Origin: a virus | Virus record (IMG/VR): IMGVR_UViG_3300032782_000006 | Span: 13,568-77,567 of that record | Direction: 5' to 3' (one strand) | Length of the DNA: 64,000 bases | Shown here: piece by piece, positions 10,656-20,127 of the stretch | Position numbering within the stretch: position 1 is the stretch's first letter | Layout of the letters: every line of letters begins with the position of its first letter | The notes under the pieces: model-generated | What the model was told of the DNA's origin: nothing | Databases searched by the model: none | Seen by the model: the letters and a program-made list of their open reading frames with translations, nothing else | Made by a program: the position numbers and the translations under genes

Positions 10656-13600
10656 TTAAGCGACCTCCACAACTGCATGAGAGTACCCTATACCATAACT
10701 TACACAAATTTCAGGATCTTCTACAAATCCATCGAGTGTAGTAGTACCTACACCATCAGAACAAGTGCTAGCAATAAATACCAATATTCTCCAGAACTCA
10801 TCCACCATCCAATCAATAGCTTCAGATCCCCCAACTCCATCTTGAGAAATGCTAGTTACTGCAATATTGAGGGACATGTCTGAGATATCAATTCCCACAT
10901 CTCCAGGTTCAACGTCATCTATAGAAATAAGCAAATCAAGCTCAACAAAATAGGCAATTCCTTCATCAGAGATACATTCGCTATCAATCCAAAGGGATAC
11001 ATTACAAATTTCTGAATCTGCAAACCCAATTCCATCATCACATATGCTTTCAAGGATTGTACCTGAAGATATATAACATTCCCAATATCCCTGGCCTCCA
11101 ATATCCGAGTCAATCGGGAGTCCTAAAATATAATCAATAGGATCCGAAACTCCGGTTCCAGATTCAGTATCATCTATCCAGACAAAAACATAAATATCGG
11201 AGGAATCAATACCAATCCCTGTATCACTAACGCTCCCAATTGGAAGGCCAATGTTTGCAAGAGAAACTATTACGACTCCAATTCCATCTTCACAATCACT
11301 TTCAATAGAGATCGTTTTTGAAATATAAGCTTCATAATACCCCATTGCTCTTATTTCACAAATAAGCGGGAGCAATAAAATGTAATCAGTAGATCCAGAA
11401 TCTCCATAACCAAGATCTATACACGTAATCGGAAGACCTAAAATACAAAATACTGGAGAACTAATACCTGCTCCGTCATCGCATAAACTAACCAGTTCAT
11501 TAGATAGATAAACTATATTATTACTAATACTCCCTATACTATCTTGGCAAGTGCTTGTGATAGCGATATTGAACGAGATATAACATTCGTAATATCCTGC
11601 AGCATGAATTTCACATACTTCGTCGAGTAATATGATTACGTTTGTGAGAGTAGAATCTCCGTTTCCAGATTCAATATCTGTAATTTGGAGTCCTAAATAA
11701 AAATTGGAATCTGAATAATCACCTTCGCCATCTTGGCATAAACTATCGACTGGAAGTCCAAGATATAGAAACGACTCATCTAAAGATCCTATACAGTCGT
11801 CACAGGAACTATATACTCGAAGAGTATCTGAAATATAACATTCATAATACCCTACCCCATTTATAGAACTAAACAGTGCAGGATCAGACCGCATATTTGC
11901 AAGATCGATGTATCCAATCCCAAAATTTAAGATACTTTCAATAAACTGAATTATAGTATTTTCAGCGTTGGGAACATATCCGACTCCAGCTGCAGTACTC
12001 TCAAGCAATCCAGCATTGCTTAATACTGTAATATACCCCCCAATTCCAGATACAGAACTTACCAAATCTATTTTTGGTTTTAGAATTGCAAGATCTATAT
12101 ATCCAGATCCCAAAACAGTACTAGATACATACTCTATCTCTGATATAACAACAAGACAATTTCCAGCTCCTACTGTATTGCATATTATGTTTAGGAACAA
12201 GGAAATATCGGATAATAGGAGAGATCCTACTCCAGAACTTGAACTTGATATGAATACATAACAAGAATAATTAGCAACTGCAGTCCCTATTCCATCTAAA
12301 AACGTACTATCTATAGAGATAGGAACTGAAAGATATGCTGAAGAATCACTAAAACTAGAATCTGAATTGGAGATATACTCAAACAACGAAACATTAACTG
12401 TATAATCTCCATATCCGCGAACTATACTTGAATTGTCTCCAGGGAAATGTAAATCTGCTATTTGAGAACCATTACTATCTTCACAATCCCCCTGAATAAA
12501 GAGATACATAGACAAATATGCAGAAGTATCTCCAATTCCAACATAGTTTACTGAGATAGTAACTAATTCTATGAGAAAACTAAAACTAATCCCAAACCCA
12601 TTCACACCACTAAAAATAAACTCTAAATCCCAGATTATAGACTCGTCTCCATTTCCAGACCCAGAACAAGTTGAATCTATATTTTGGAAGGTAACATTAT
12701 CTGCGAGTTGAGATCCAATTCCATCTACCTCACTTGAAAACTGATCTAAAAACATGCAAATAGAACTGGAATCTCCTGATCCCATTGTTGTAGACTCAAT
12801 ACTAGCTAGGATATAATCAAGAGCGGTAGATATTGCCACCCCATAAACATAACTGTTTAGAGGGGTACTTGATATAAACCAGATTGCACCTAATGTTCTG
12901 GAATCAATAACACTAGATCCCCCGGTATTTTGGCAACATCCTCCATAAATAATATGAGCTCCGTTCGTAATCGTCTGACCATATGTATAAAATACAGATC
13001 CTGCGCCAGTCCCACTTAAAGGAATACTGTCTCTTGATACTCCGATAGTATTACCATCAATAATTAGTCCGTATCCAAACCCAGCGGCATTTGTAGTATC
13101 GTAATATTCTTGATTGGCTATAGCTAATGCCAATACTTCTGTCACCGGAGATGAAGTCGTTCTAGAGATTGTAGCGTTTGGATCATGGACTACATTGGTA
13201 GATAATGGTTTGTAACTATTAGTGTTATATACAAAATCAGAGTAACAATAATTTGGATCTAAAAACAGTACTCCAAGCACACTTCTGCTAATTGTAATCG
13301 TAGATCCATACGTACCAACCAGACCAAAAAATTGTCCTGCATATCCAATATTTGCTGAAATCTCAAAAGTGCTTAGAGATATTGCATAATTAGCCGCATA
13401 TGGGGACTGATATGCAGTATTTTGTCCAGACAACCACGACCCATTATTAGGCACAATAGCTAGATCTATGAATGACCCATCTTCATAGTTAGTTACTCCA
13501 TGATCACAAGATACTCCATAAAATGCTATAGCGGTACAAGGAGATGGAACTGACACAAATGCAGAGGTAGAGGTATCCTGATTAGCACCAAACGAATATG

Positions 13601-14342
13601 AAGTTGGAGTTAAATTTTCATTATAAATAAAATTTGATCCTTCGAAAATATAGATTGCCAATGATCTATTTGAAACAGTTACAGTAGTCCCAACGTAATT
13701 TGCTGCAAATTGACCAGAGATGGTATGGGTTCCAGCTTCTATAATCCCAATATAAAAACAACAATTATTATTTGCAGCCGAGTTCGCAACTTGGCTAGAA
13801 CTCATTATACAATGATTTTCACCGTCTATTTGAATTGCATTTTGGAATCCATATATTGATCCACTATTGGAAGAAGAACTGTTCGCAATATAGATCCCCA
13901 TTACCGTTTGACTTTCAGTAAGTTCAAAAGTGACAGTTGCTGGAGTATCCAAAGATAGATCTGTACTCGAAGACGTAACAATTGTAGAATTTTGGATAAC
14001 ATATTTTTGTTTAAATGTAAGTGATGACCCTGATAATAGATATCCAATATTAGCAGTTTGTGTTCCAACCCCATTTAAAGAATTACTTATCAAAAAATTT
14101 GAAACCCTAACTACATAATTACCAGTTCCGGAGGCAGTACTGGTTTTAAAAATTAATTTAGAAATATTAGCGGTTAGCGTTCCTGTTCCGGTAGACGTAC
14201 AAAGTAAATAATTGGTAACAGTTACAATATATGTTCCTGTACCATCAGAACAAGTACTAATTATAGATTTAAATTTAGAAATGTAAGCGGTCTGAGATCC
14301 AGAACCTGTATTGGAAGTACTCCTTAGAGTTAATGTCGTCAT
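10656..14342 (-). CDS. Large fibre-like virion protein (1228 aa): one ~390-aa shared domain plus acidic Cys-containing repeats
   Basis: SLTFKQKYVIQNST...LGAIWF domain; repeated S.C.DG.G and YYECYIS units. Confidence 0.65.
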   Translation of the reverse strand: MTTLTLRSTSNTGSGSQTAYISKFKSIISTCSDGTGTYIVTVTNYLLCTSTGTGTLTANISKLIFKTSTASGTGNYVVRVSNFLISNSLNGVGTQTANIGYLLSGSSLTFKQKYVIQNSTIVTSSSTDLSLDTPATVTFELTESQTVMGIYIANSSSSNSGSIYGFQNAIQIDGENHCIMSSSQVANSAANNNCCFYIGIIEAGTHTISGQFAANYVGTTVTVSNRSLAIYIFEGSNFIYNENLTPTSYSFGANQDTSTSAFVSVPSPCTAIAFYGVSCDHGVTNYEDGSFIDLAIVPNNGSWLSGQNTAYQSPYAANYAISLSTFEISANIGYAGQFFGLVGTYGSTITISRSVLGVLFLDPNYCYSDFVYNTNSYKPLSTNVVHDPNATISRTTSSPVTEVLALAIANQEYYDTTNAAGFGYGLIIDGNTIGVSRDSIPLSGTGAGSVFYTYGQTITNGAHIIYGGCCQNTGGSSVIDSRTLGAIWFISSTPLNSYVYGVAISTALDYILASIESTTMGSGDSSSICMFLDQFSSEVDGIGSQLADNVTFQNIDSTCSGSGNGDESIIWDLEFIFSGVNGFGISFSFLIELVTISVNYVGIGDTSAYLSMYLFIQGDCEDSNGSQIADLHFPGDNSSIVRGYGDYTVNVSLFEYISNSDSSFSDSSAYLSVPISIDSTFLDGIGTAVANYSCYVFISSSSSGVGSLLLSDISLFLNIICNTVGAGNCLVVISEIEYVSSTVLGSGYIDLAILKPKIDLVSSVSGIGGYITVLSNAGLLESTAAGVGYVPNAENTIIQFIESILNFGIGYIDLANMRSDPALFSSINGVGYYECYISDTLRVYSSCDDCIGSLDESFLYLGLPVDSLCQDGEGDYSDSNFYLGLQITDIESGNGDSTLTNVIILLDEVCEIHAAGYYECYISFNIAITSTCQDSIGSISNNIVYLSNELVSLCDDGAGISSPVFCILGLPITCIDLGYGDSGSTDYILLLPLICEIRAMGYYEAYISKTISIESDCEDGIGVVIVSLANIGLPIGSVSDTGIGIDSSDIYVFVWIDDTESGTGVSDPIDYILGLPIDSDIGGQGYWECYISSGTILESICDDGIGFADSEICNVSLWIDSECISDEGIAYFVELDLLISIDDVEPGDVGIDISDMSLNIAVTSISQDGVGGSEAIDWMVDEFWRILVFIASTCSDGVGTTTLDGFVEDPEICVSYGIGYSHAVVEVA

Positions 14343-14501
14343 TTGACATCAACTCCAAAAGCACTAAAATAAAAAGTGCTGCTATAAAATAAGACAGTAT
14401 AAAAATACTGTAATTCGTTTTTTAAATTGGAGAGTTGCAGCACCATGAAAGTAGCCTCATGAAATTAAATTTCGATCATTGGCTGTACACTATTTTAGAG
14501 G

Positions 14502-14942
14502 TTACCACCCTGTAGCGTTTAATGTAAGAGCAGAGGTTGCAAATGTTGGAGCCTGGCCGCTAGCTACAGTCACACTGGAACTTAGAGTTCCGAACATGAT
14601 TGCAGTTGCTGTTGATGCAGACGTTGACAAGAACCAAACTGCCAATGTTCCGGCCCACGATCCGCCTGTGGCAGTCGGGAATGTGATTGCAGCAGCCGAG
14701 TTTGTAATCTGGCCGTTGGAAGAAGTTCCAAATGTGCCGGTTCCACTTACATTTATAGCTACTCTGGCATATCCATTAGTGTTGATTGCCGGTTCATTTG
14801 TGACTACTCCAGTAGATTGGTTAACACTACCAGAGGTCGTCAAACCCATATACAATGTGCCAGGATTCGTAATTGATGAACCACCGGCTAAATAAACGTT
14901 AAGAATTGCTGATTGAATTGATTGTACAAGAAACCCAGTCAT
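14502..14942 (-). CDS. Phage fibre-associated small virion protein
   Basis: NGYARVAI...ITNSAAAITFPTATGGSW...FGTLSSSVTV motif, typical of small fibre-attachment proteins. Confidence 0.6.
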   Translation of the reverse strand: MTGFLVQSIQSAILNVYLAGGSSITNPGTLYMGLTTSGSVNQSTGVVTNEPAINTNGYARVAINVSGTGTFGTSSNGQITNSAAAITFPTATGGSWAGTLAVWFLSTSASTATAIMFGTLSSSVTVASGQAPTFATSALTLNATGW

Positions 14943-14964
14943 AAATTACACCTATAAAATTATT

Positions 14965-15240
14965 TTACCATAATGCAAATATATTAGTTGCACCTGTTCC
15001 GCTTTTATAAACTTTTTTGAATCTTCCACGGAGTATTCCTATTGGAACTGATTTGAATACTATTCCTGTTCCAGAAGTTTCCATGTCGACTTTTACATCT
15101 CCACTTACGCCGATATATAATGCTGAAGCAATTGGAGTAAGGGTTACGTCTGCACTTGATAAATCGACTGCTGCAGCGTTAGAGGGGGATTCTATCCCCA
15201 CTAAATCTACAATTCCCCTATACTCATTTGGGATTTTCAT
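14965..15240 (-). CDS. Head-spike base protein (RcGTA Rcc01079-like)
   Basis: SPSNAAAV...ALYIGVSGDVKVDM...VFKSVPIG...VYKSGTGATNIFALW. Confidence 0.7.
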   Translation of the reverse strand: MKIPNEYRGIVDLVGIESPSNAAAVDLSSADVTLTPIASALYIGVSGDVKVDMETSGTGIVFKSVPIGILRGRFKKVYKSGTGATNIFALW

Positions 15241-15250
15241 TATAACCCCT

Positions 15251-15829
15251 TCAATTTATTGTATACTTCAACAATACTCTTGCAGTTCCGGTACCTGTAG
15301 CACTTCCAGTGATAACAAGGTCGATAGCATCTCCTGCAGCTAGTGCAGCATGAGCTATTGTAGATTGAGTTGCACTGGATTTTGCAGCTTTTCCACCTGC
15401 AGGAACTGTATATGTAACTAGAGTGACAGGACTTGCAGCTTCGTTAGCTAATGCAATAACCGCATCACCGGTTCCTTTAGCATATGCAGCCGTGAAGTAA
15501 ACTACCATTCCAGTGATTGTCATTGCCTGTGGAGCTACAAATTTAGCATAGTATGTAGCAGTTGTAGTAAGATCTACACCAGCAGTAGCTAATGCCGTTT
15601 CTGTCCCAATTCCTTGAGTAAGATCTGTATATCTAACAGTAGGACTACTCCCCCCCAATGTGGAAACTGCAGTTTCTAAATCTTCGATATCGGATTCCAT
15701 CTCCGATAAATTAGCGGAATCGATAGTATTTATTTCAGTTGATATTTTCACGAGTTCATCGTGAAGAACTTTCATATCAGTACCGACACCACAATTTAGA
15801 GTATGTAATGAGGGTGGTGTATACGTCAT
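15251..15829 (-). CDS. Capsid-associated fibre/decoration protein
   Basis: Directly after the major capsid gene; short coiled coil plus Ala/Thr-rich beta domain (LAAGDAIDL). Confidence 0.5.
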   Translation of the reverse strand: MTYTPPSLHTLNCGVGTDMKVLHDELVKISTEINTIDSANLSEMESDIEDLETAVSTLGGSSPTVRYTDLTQGIGTETALATAGVDLTTTATYYAKFVAPQAMTITGMVVYFTAAYAKGTGDAVIALANEAASPVTLVTYTVPAGGKAAKSSATQSTIAHAALAAGDAIDLVITGSATGTGTARVLLKYTIN

Positions 15830-15842
15830 TTACACCGCCTCC

Positions 15843-16832
15843 TTAAATTCCTGTACCATAAATCAGGTTATACGGTTTCTTTACAATCGTTACGCTTTCC
15901 ATCCAGAAACACTGAACAATGTCAAGCGATTCTTCTTCCTGATACCAGCGATAATGAAATCCAAAGTTGTCAGTGACAGCTGGAACCATACCGCCATCAG
16001 GTCCGCGAGTCCAATAATTTATTGTAAATGTAGAATATTCAGGATCTAGACGATAGTGATACTCAACTCCAGGATGGTTCCGGTCCATTCCAATAATATC
16101 TCCCTGGTTTAACCCAGAGTCTATTGTGGGGACTTTGTGAACGTCTCCTACTATTGGAATTGTCATGATATCGTCGTGAATTGTAGGCTGGCCTAACATT
16201 GCCTGTTTAGCAGCGTCTACGTGGACATCTTTGAGATAGTTCTGTAAGTTATACCAATCCGGTTTGAGAACCCACGCATCGGTCAAAGTACCTTCGTATC
16301 CATCCACGTCCATATCGTGAGCGAGCGCCATCAAATCTCTAATTGGATCTGCTGTACCGCCGGTGTTAGCCCATGTTTCATTTGGACTGAAATATGTTCC
16401 TGCCTGGTTAGCTCCATTTTTGATAGCAGTACACATATCTTTGTTAGCCATATAAGCAAAAGCGTAAGCGGCGTACTCATAATTTTCCTGAATTTCAGTT
16501 TGTGCCAAGGGGACTGACTTTAAAAGTTCTTTTGGAATTCTTAAAGAAAATCCTTTCTCAGTGAGCACGGCTGAGTTCAGGGTTCTCCTGGTTCTGTCGA
16601 GCTCAGGCAGTCTGGTACCTGCCACACGCTGAGTCGGCAATTTTCGCTTTGGATCAGTAGCTTTGTTGTAAACATCTTTCAGGTAGGTGAATGCATCGCT
16701 ATTCTCTTGAATCCTTGAGCAAAACCTGCCAAATGAGGGGTTAAGCCAAGGTAATTGAGTATCAAGTATTTCATACGTTTGTTCAAGCGCGACCTCTATA
16801 CGAAGCAGCGCGTCTATTGGTGCTGAGACCAT
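15843..16832 (-). CDS. Major capsid protein (HK97 fold, probable)
   Basis: 329 aa; TW...GTADPIRDL motif; ends YGTGI; follows scaffold and decoration genes. Confidence 0.75.
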   Translation of the reverse strand: MVSAPIDALLRIEVALEQTYEILDTQLPWLNPSFGRFCSRIQENSDAFTYLKDVYNKATDPKRKLPTQRVAGTRLPELDRTRRTLNSAVLTEKGFSLRIPKELLKSVPLAQTEIQENYEYAAYAFAYMANKDMCTAIKNGANQAGTYFSPNETWANTGGTADPIRDLMALAHDMDVDGYEGTLTDAWVLKPDWYNLQNYLKDVHVDAAKQAMLGQPTIHDDIMTIPIVGDVHKVPTIDSGLNQGDIIGMDRNHPGVEYHYRLDPEYSTFTINYWTRGPDGGMVPAVTDNFGFHYRWYQEEESLDIVQCFWMESVTIVKKPYNLIYGTGI

Positions 16833-16850
16833 TGTTTTTCAACTCCGTTT

Positions 16851-17513
16851 TTAAGCCTGCGCTATCGTAGGGCCGGTGTAAACAACCATACATGTGTAAA
16901 TATCGCCAGCTGTGCCAGCAGGGATATAGTGTAAAGGAATGACATTTGATGAACCTTGAAGGGCTCCGCCTGGGCTGGATAATGCAATTACAGCATAGAC
17001 AGGTTCACCATACTGAGCAGTGAGACTGATATCAAGAATTAGGTATCCAACTTGTCCAGGTTTGACTTCTGTAGCGCCATCGCAAGAAACTTTGATAGCT
17101 TCGAATTTGATACCGAAGTTAAATTCAACTCCAGCACAACGTAAGAACCCACCTGCAATTCTTTTTGCAAGAGTGTCAGCGGCAGCAGTTGTTGCTGGCC
17201 TACATTGACCTTCTTGCTCAAAGGTTGTAACACGACCAACGATGTTTGCAGCATCGCCATTAGAAGCAGTAGGAGCAGTGACTACGACGAGACCTTTACA
17301 GTCATCATATTTACAATCAGAAGTTGCTTTCAATGCAACTGGCATCCCTTCAGTAATCTCTGCAGCTCTAGCCAACGAGATCCTGCGTCTTCCAGTTTCA
17401 TCTTTAGCCCAACCAACAGTGATTGCGCCTTCATCCAACAAGCAAGAATATCTGTTATCAAGAGCAGTGTAATACCCTGCATATTTTGAAGAATAGTCTA
17501 CCGGAGTTACCAT
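16851..17513 (-). CDS. Capsid cement/decoration protein
   Basis: Between scaffold and major capsid genes; ITEGMPVAL...IVGRV pattern. Confidence 0.55.
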   Translation of the reverse strand: MVTPVDYSSKYAGYYTALDNRYSCLLDEGAITVGWAKDETGRRRISLARAAEITEGMPVALKATSDCKYDDCKGLVVVTAPTASNGDAANIVGRVTTFEQEGQCRPATTAAADTLAKRIAGGFLRCAGVEFNFGIKFEAIKVSCDGATEVKPGQVGYLILDISLTAQYGEPVYAVIALSSPGGALQGSSNVIPLHYIPAGTAGDIYTCMVVYTGPTIAQA

Positions 17514-18533
17514 TTAAGCTACCCCCGATTTGTCGATTCTCACACGAGTCCCACGGAGTATTGTTTTTGCAGCCTCAATTTCAGCTCGAGGGTCACCCTC
17601 TTGGTTTGCAACATATGTGCTACCCTGAACTTTGGTTTCTACAACTGGTGGAATACGTCCCCATTCCTGGTTCATCTCCAAAGTCAGACTCAAGGATTTG
17701 TCAGGATCATTGAGATCGTCAAACCTAGACTCAAACTTCTTCCGAATTCCTTCAGGGTATGAATTAAAAATCGCCTGGTTAAGCTCCAGTTTTTTAGCTT
17801 TTTCAATCTCGTCAAGCTGGTTGTTGAGTTTTTCAATAGCTGACGTCTGGTTAACAATAAGCTCCTGCTGTTCAGCTATTATCTTCTTAGAATTATCTAA
17901 TTCCTGATTCAGAGTCAGGATTACCTTCTCTTTTTCTACCAAAGCATCCTGATTTGTTTTGAGGAGAGCATTGGCATACTCTAAAGAAGTTGGTTCTGTG
18001 GTACTAATCTCAGTGGTTGACATAATAGTCTCCGTCGAGTCTTGATTGATAATTAACGCCGCTTGCTCTCCCTGTGGGATGTTGGAATCTCTTGGGTAGA
18101 TAAGCAAGTGATCAAAGTCAAAAGAAGAAATGTGTGGAGTTGTGGGATCACGCCAATATGCATCTGAAATAAAAACTTTACCTTGTTTGATCAGGTCTTC
18201 AATTTCAGGATCGGTGATATTGATTTTAGCTCGAAGTTTAGGTCGCCCTATACTATCGATCCATGCATCACCCATCGTTCCCACTGATTTGATTTCCTGA
18301 CTAAAAATGGATTCAGGATCTTTGCCTTTAAAACCACCATCAGGATGCGTGATAGAAAATGGAATAGGTTTGCCTGGAATAGTTGACAGTCCTGCCTCTA
18401 TCCCTGGGATATCATCGTCGTCCAAAACTTGAAGAACTACCTCATGTTCTGAAACAAACTCGCCAGTGTTTTGAATAAGTACTTCGCTCACGTTTTTGGA
18501 TCCAATGTAACGTTTTTTAGAATAGCGATTCAT
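17514..18533 (-). CDS. Prohead protease-scaffold fusion
   Basis: N-terminal GKPIPFSITHP...FDHLLI region followed by a long coiled coil; first gene of the capsid operon. Confidence 0.6.
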   Translation of the reverse strand: MNRYSKKRYIGSKNVSEVLIQNTGEFVSEHEVVLQVLDDDDIPGIEAGLSTIPGKPIPFSITHPDGGFKGKDPESIFSQEIKSVGTMGDAWIDSIGRPKLRAKINITDPEIEDLIKQGKVFISDAYWRDPTTPHISSFDFDHLLIYPRDSNIPQGEQAALIINQDSTETIMSTTEISTTEPTSLEYANALLKTNQDALVEKEKVILTLNQELDNSKKIIAEQQELIVNQTSAIEKLNNQLDEIEKAKKLELNQAIFNSYPEGIRKKFESRFDDLNDPDKSLSLTLEMNQEWGRIPPVVETKVQGSTYVANQEGDPRAEIEAAKTILRGTRVRIDKSGVA

Positions 18534-18845
18534 CTAAACAATTTTTGATAAGAAATGGTTTGCGCTTCTATATAAATATATAGGGTAAGTTCCTCAGAAT
18601 TTTGAGGTGTACCAGCAAGAAAAGAGTGTCTTCTGTATCCAATCAACAATATAAAAAAGAGCAATTTTACAGAAAAAAAATTTAGGTGACTAAAAGGTAG
18701 GGGGTTTAAAATGAGATTGATACCCCCAGGGGATATTAAAAAAGGATAGCCCTAAGGGTTTGATATTCAACTATTAAGGAGGGGGAATACCCGTAGGATA
18801 TTGCTGACAATCAATATCCTATGGTATTACACACAAACTTTTTTA

Positions 18846-18953
18846 TTGGAGAACAACCTATTTCCGCAAGGTTACGCAGGCCAGAGCGCGGGCCGACTCA
18901 ACTTTGGATAATGTAGAGGTACCACGCCCTACAATATCCATAATACTCTCCAA
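18846..18953 (-). ncRNA. Structured ncRNA candidate A, loop CGUGGUAC
   Basis: Closing stem TTGGAGA/TCTCCAA, extended by G-U pairs only on the minus strand; three internal hairpins; no ORF. Confidence 0.6.
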
Positions 18954-19002
18954 ACCGTTCACAATTTCTTTTCTCAAATTCCCATTATATGCTTATACTT
19001 GC

Positions 19003-19053
19003 TATAAGCAATAAGTAATACTCTTTTATAGTATATATACCTTATTGCTTATA
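19003..19053. promoter_or_regulatory. Perfect 13-bp inverted repeat (candidate operator) around a TATA-rich spacer
   Basis: TATAAGCAATAAG at 19003-19015 and CTTATTGCTTATA at 19041-19053, between the divergent ncRNA A and a wHTH gene. Confidence 0.6.
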
Positions 19054-19094
19054 CTCGATATAAGATTTATATATCATGAAGTAAGGTATATAGT

Positions 19095-19370
19095 ATGGAA
19101 AATGTGCCAGAGAAGAGGGTTAGGCAACGAACAGAAGATCGATCTAGATTCATAAAAGTGGATATCGATGATGAGATTATAGCTTCTTTAAAAAAATGTC
19201 AAAAGAACGCAGCTTGTACTGCTTTAGAAGTATCAAAAGAATATGGATGCTCTCAATCTCATGCTAAAAGTACCCTACTCCGGTTAGCAAAAGAAGGGAG
19301 GATTCTAGGAATTAAAAAAGGGCAAGCTCATGCGTTTAAGCCGTTGCCAGAAGAAGACGGAGATTCTTAG
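19095..19370 (+). CDS. Winged-helix DNA-binding protein
   Basis: TALEVSKEYGCSQSHAKSTLLRLAKEGRI helix-turn-helix plus wing. Confidence 0.7.
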   Translation: MENVPEKRVRQRTEDRSRFIKVDIDDEIIASLKKCQKNAACTALEVSKEYGCSQSHAKSTLLRLAKEGRILGIKKGQAHAFKPLPEEDGDS

Positions 19371-19693
19371 AACAAAACCAAATAATTGTAAAATAGAAAT
19401 ACAAGGATATCAGATTGTCCTGAATATTTAAATAGTTCTTTGGGCTATTGGTGAGAGAGTCGGTGCAATAAACGACTTTACTCTATCAAAAAATGATATC
19501 CAATCCCAGGTTTAGTGAATTTGTAGTAGGGGGATCTTTCTGGAGTTAGTTATGACTATTTGTTATACTTATTTGGTAATAAGCATAGTAGCGTTTACAG
19601 GGTTGTTTATCCTCGCGTTCTCAATGATTAAAAAAATAGATTTGCAAATACAAAAATTGGAAGAAAAAATAAAGTGAAGTGAAACTGGATAGT

Positions 19694-19861
19694 TCACTTC
19701 CGTACAAATCCTAACAGTTTTGCAACCGGGGAAGGGGTAATTAATCCTATTATTGCAGTAATAATAGGGAGGTAGGATGTATTATTTTGGACAGCTAAAA
19801 GAATAGCTACTGCGCCTACTATAACAATTACAGTAAGTTGAATTATAGTCTCATCTTGCAT
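19694..19861 (-). CDS. Small two-TM membrane protein, holin candidate
   Basis: MQDETIIQLTVIVIVGAVAILLAV...LPIITAIIGLIT...RK; last gene of the operon containing the beta-helix enzyme. Confidence 0.45.
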   Translation of the reverse strand: MQDETIIQLTVIVIVGAVAILLAVQNNTSYLPIITAIIGLITPSPVAKLLGFVRK

Positions 19862-19863
19862 AA

Positions 19864-20121
19864 TTATTCCTTCTTTAAACAATCTATAGCCTTAGCAAAT
19901 TTTTCTTCAAAATCTCTATGGCAAAGATATAAATCAAATGTGCCTTCTTTTACACGTTTTTTAGAATCTTTTGTATTTTTTAGTAAGGTATCTGCGGATT
20001 CTCGATGGTACCTATACCTATTTTCAAGAAATCCTAATGGTTCGGAATGTCGTAACTTGAACGCAGTAATAACTGATTCAGTTATGGAGATAGGATCTTC
20101 CGTTTTTTCCATAATGGTCAC
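19864..20121 (-). CDS. Hypothetical protein
   Basis: ORF track; tight operon spacing. Confidence 0.55.
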   Translation of the reverse strand: MTIMEKTEDPISITESVITAFKLRHSEPLGFLENRYRYHRESADTLLKNTKDSKKRVKEGTFDLYLCHRDFEEKFAKAIDCLKKE

Positions 20122-20127
20122 CCATAT

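Noticed and set aside
4152-14342. Diversity-generating retroelement acting on the repeated fibre domains
   Set aside because: No reverse transcriptase ORF, and I found no near-identical TR/VR pair differing at adenines.
506-17907. Many plus-strand ORFs of 60-140 aa in the structural region (e.g. 506, 525, 14479, 15017, 17632)
   Set aside because: Antisense shadows of long minus-strand genes.
18846-18953. Hammerhead ribozyme
   Set aside because: Lacks the CUGANGA core in the required arrangement.
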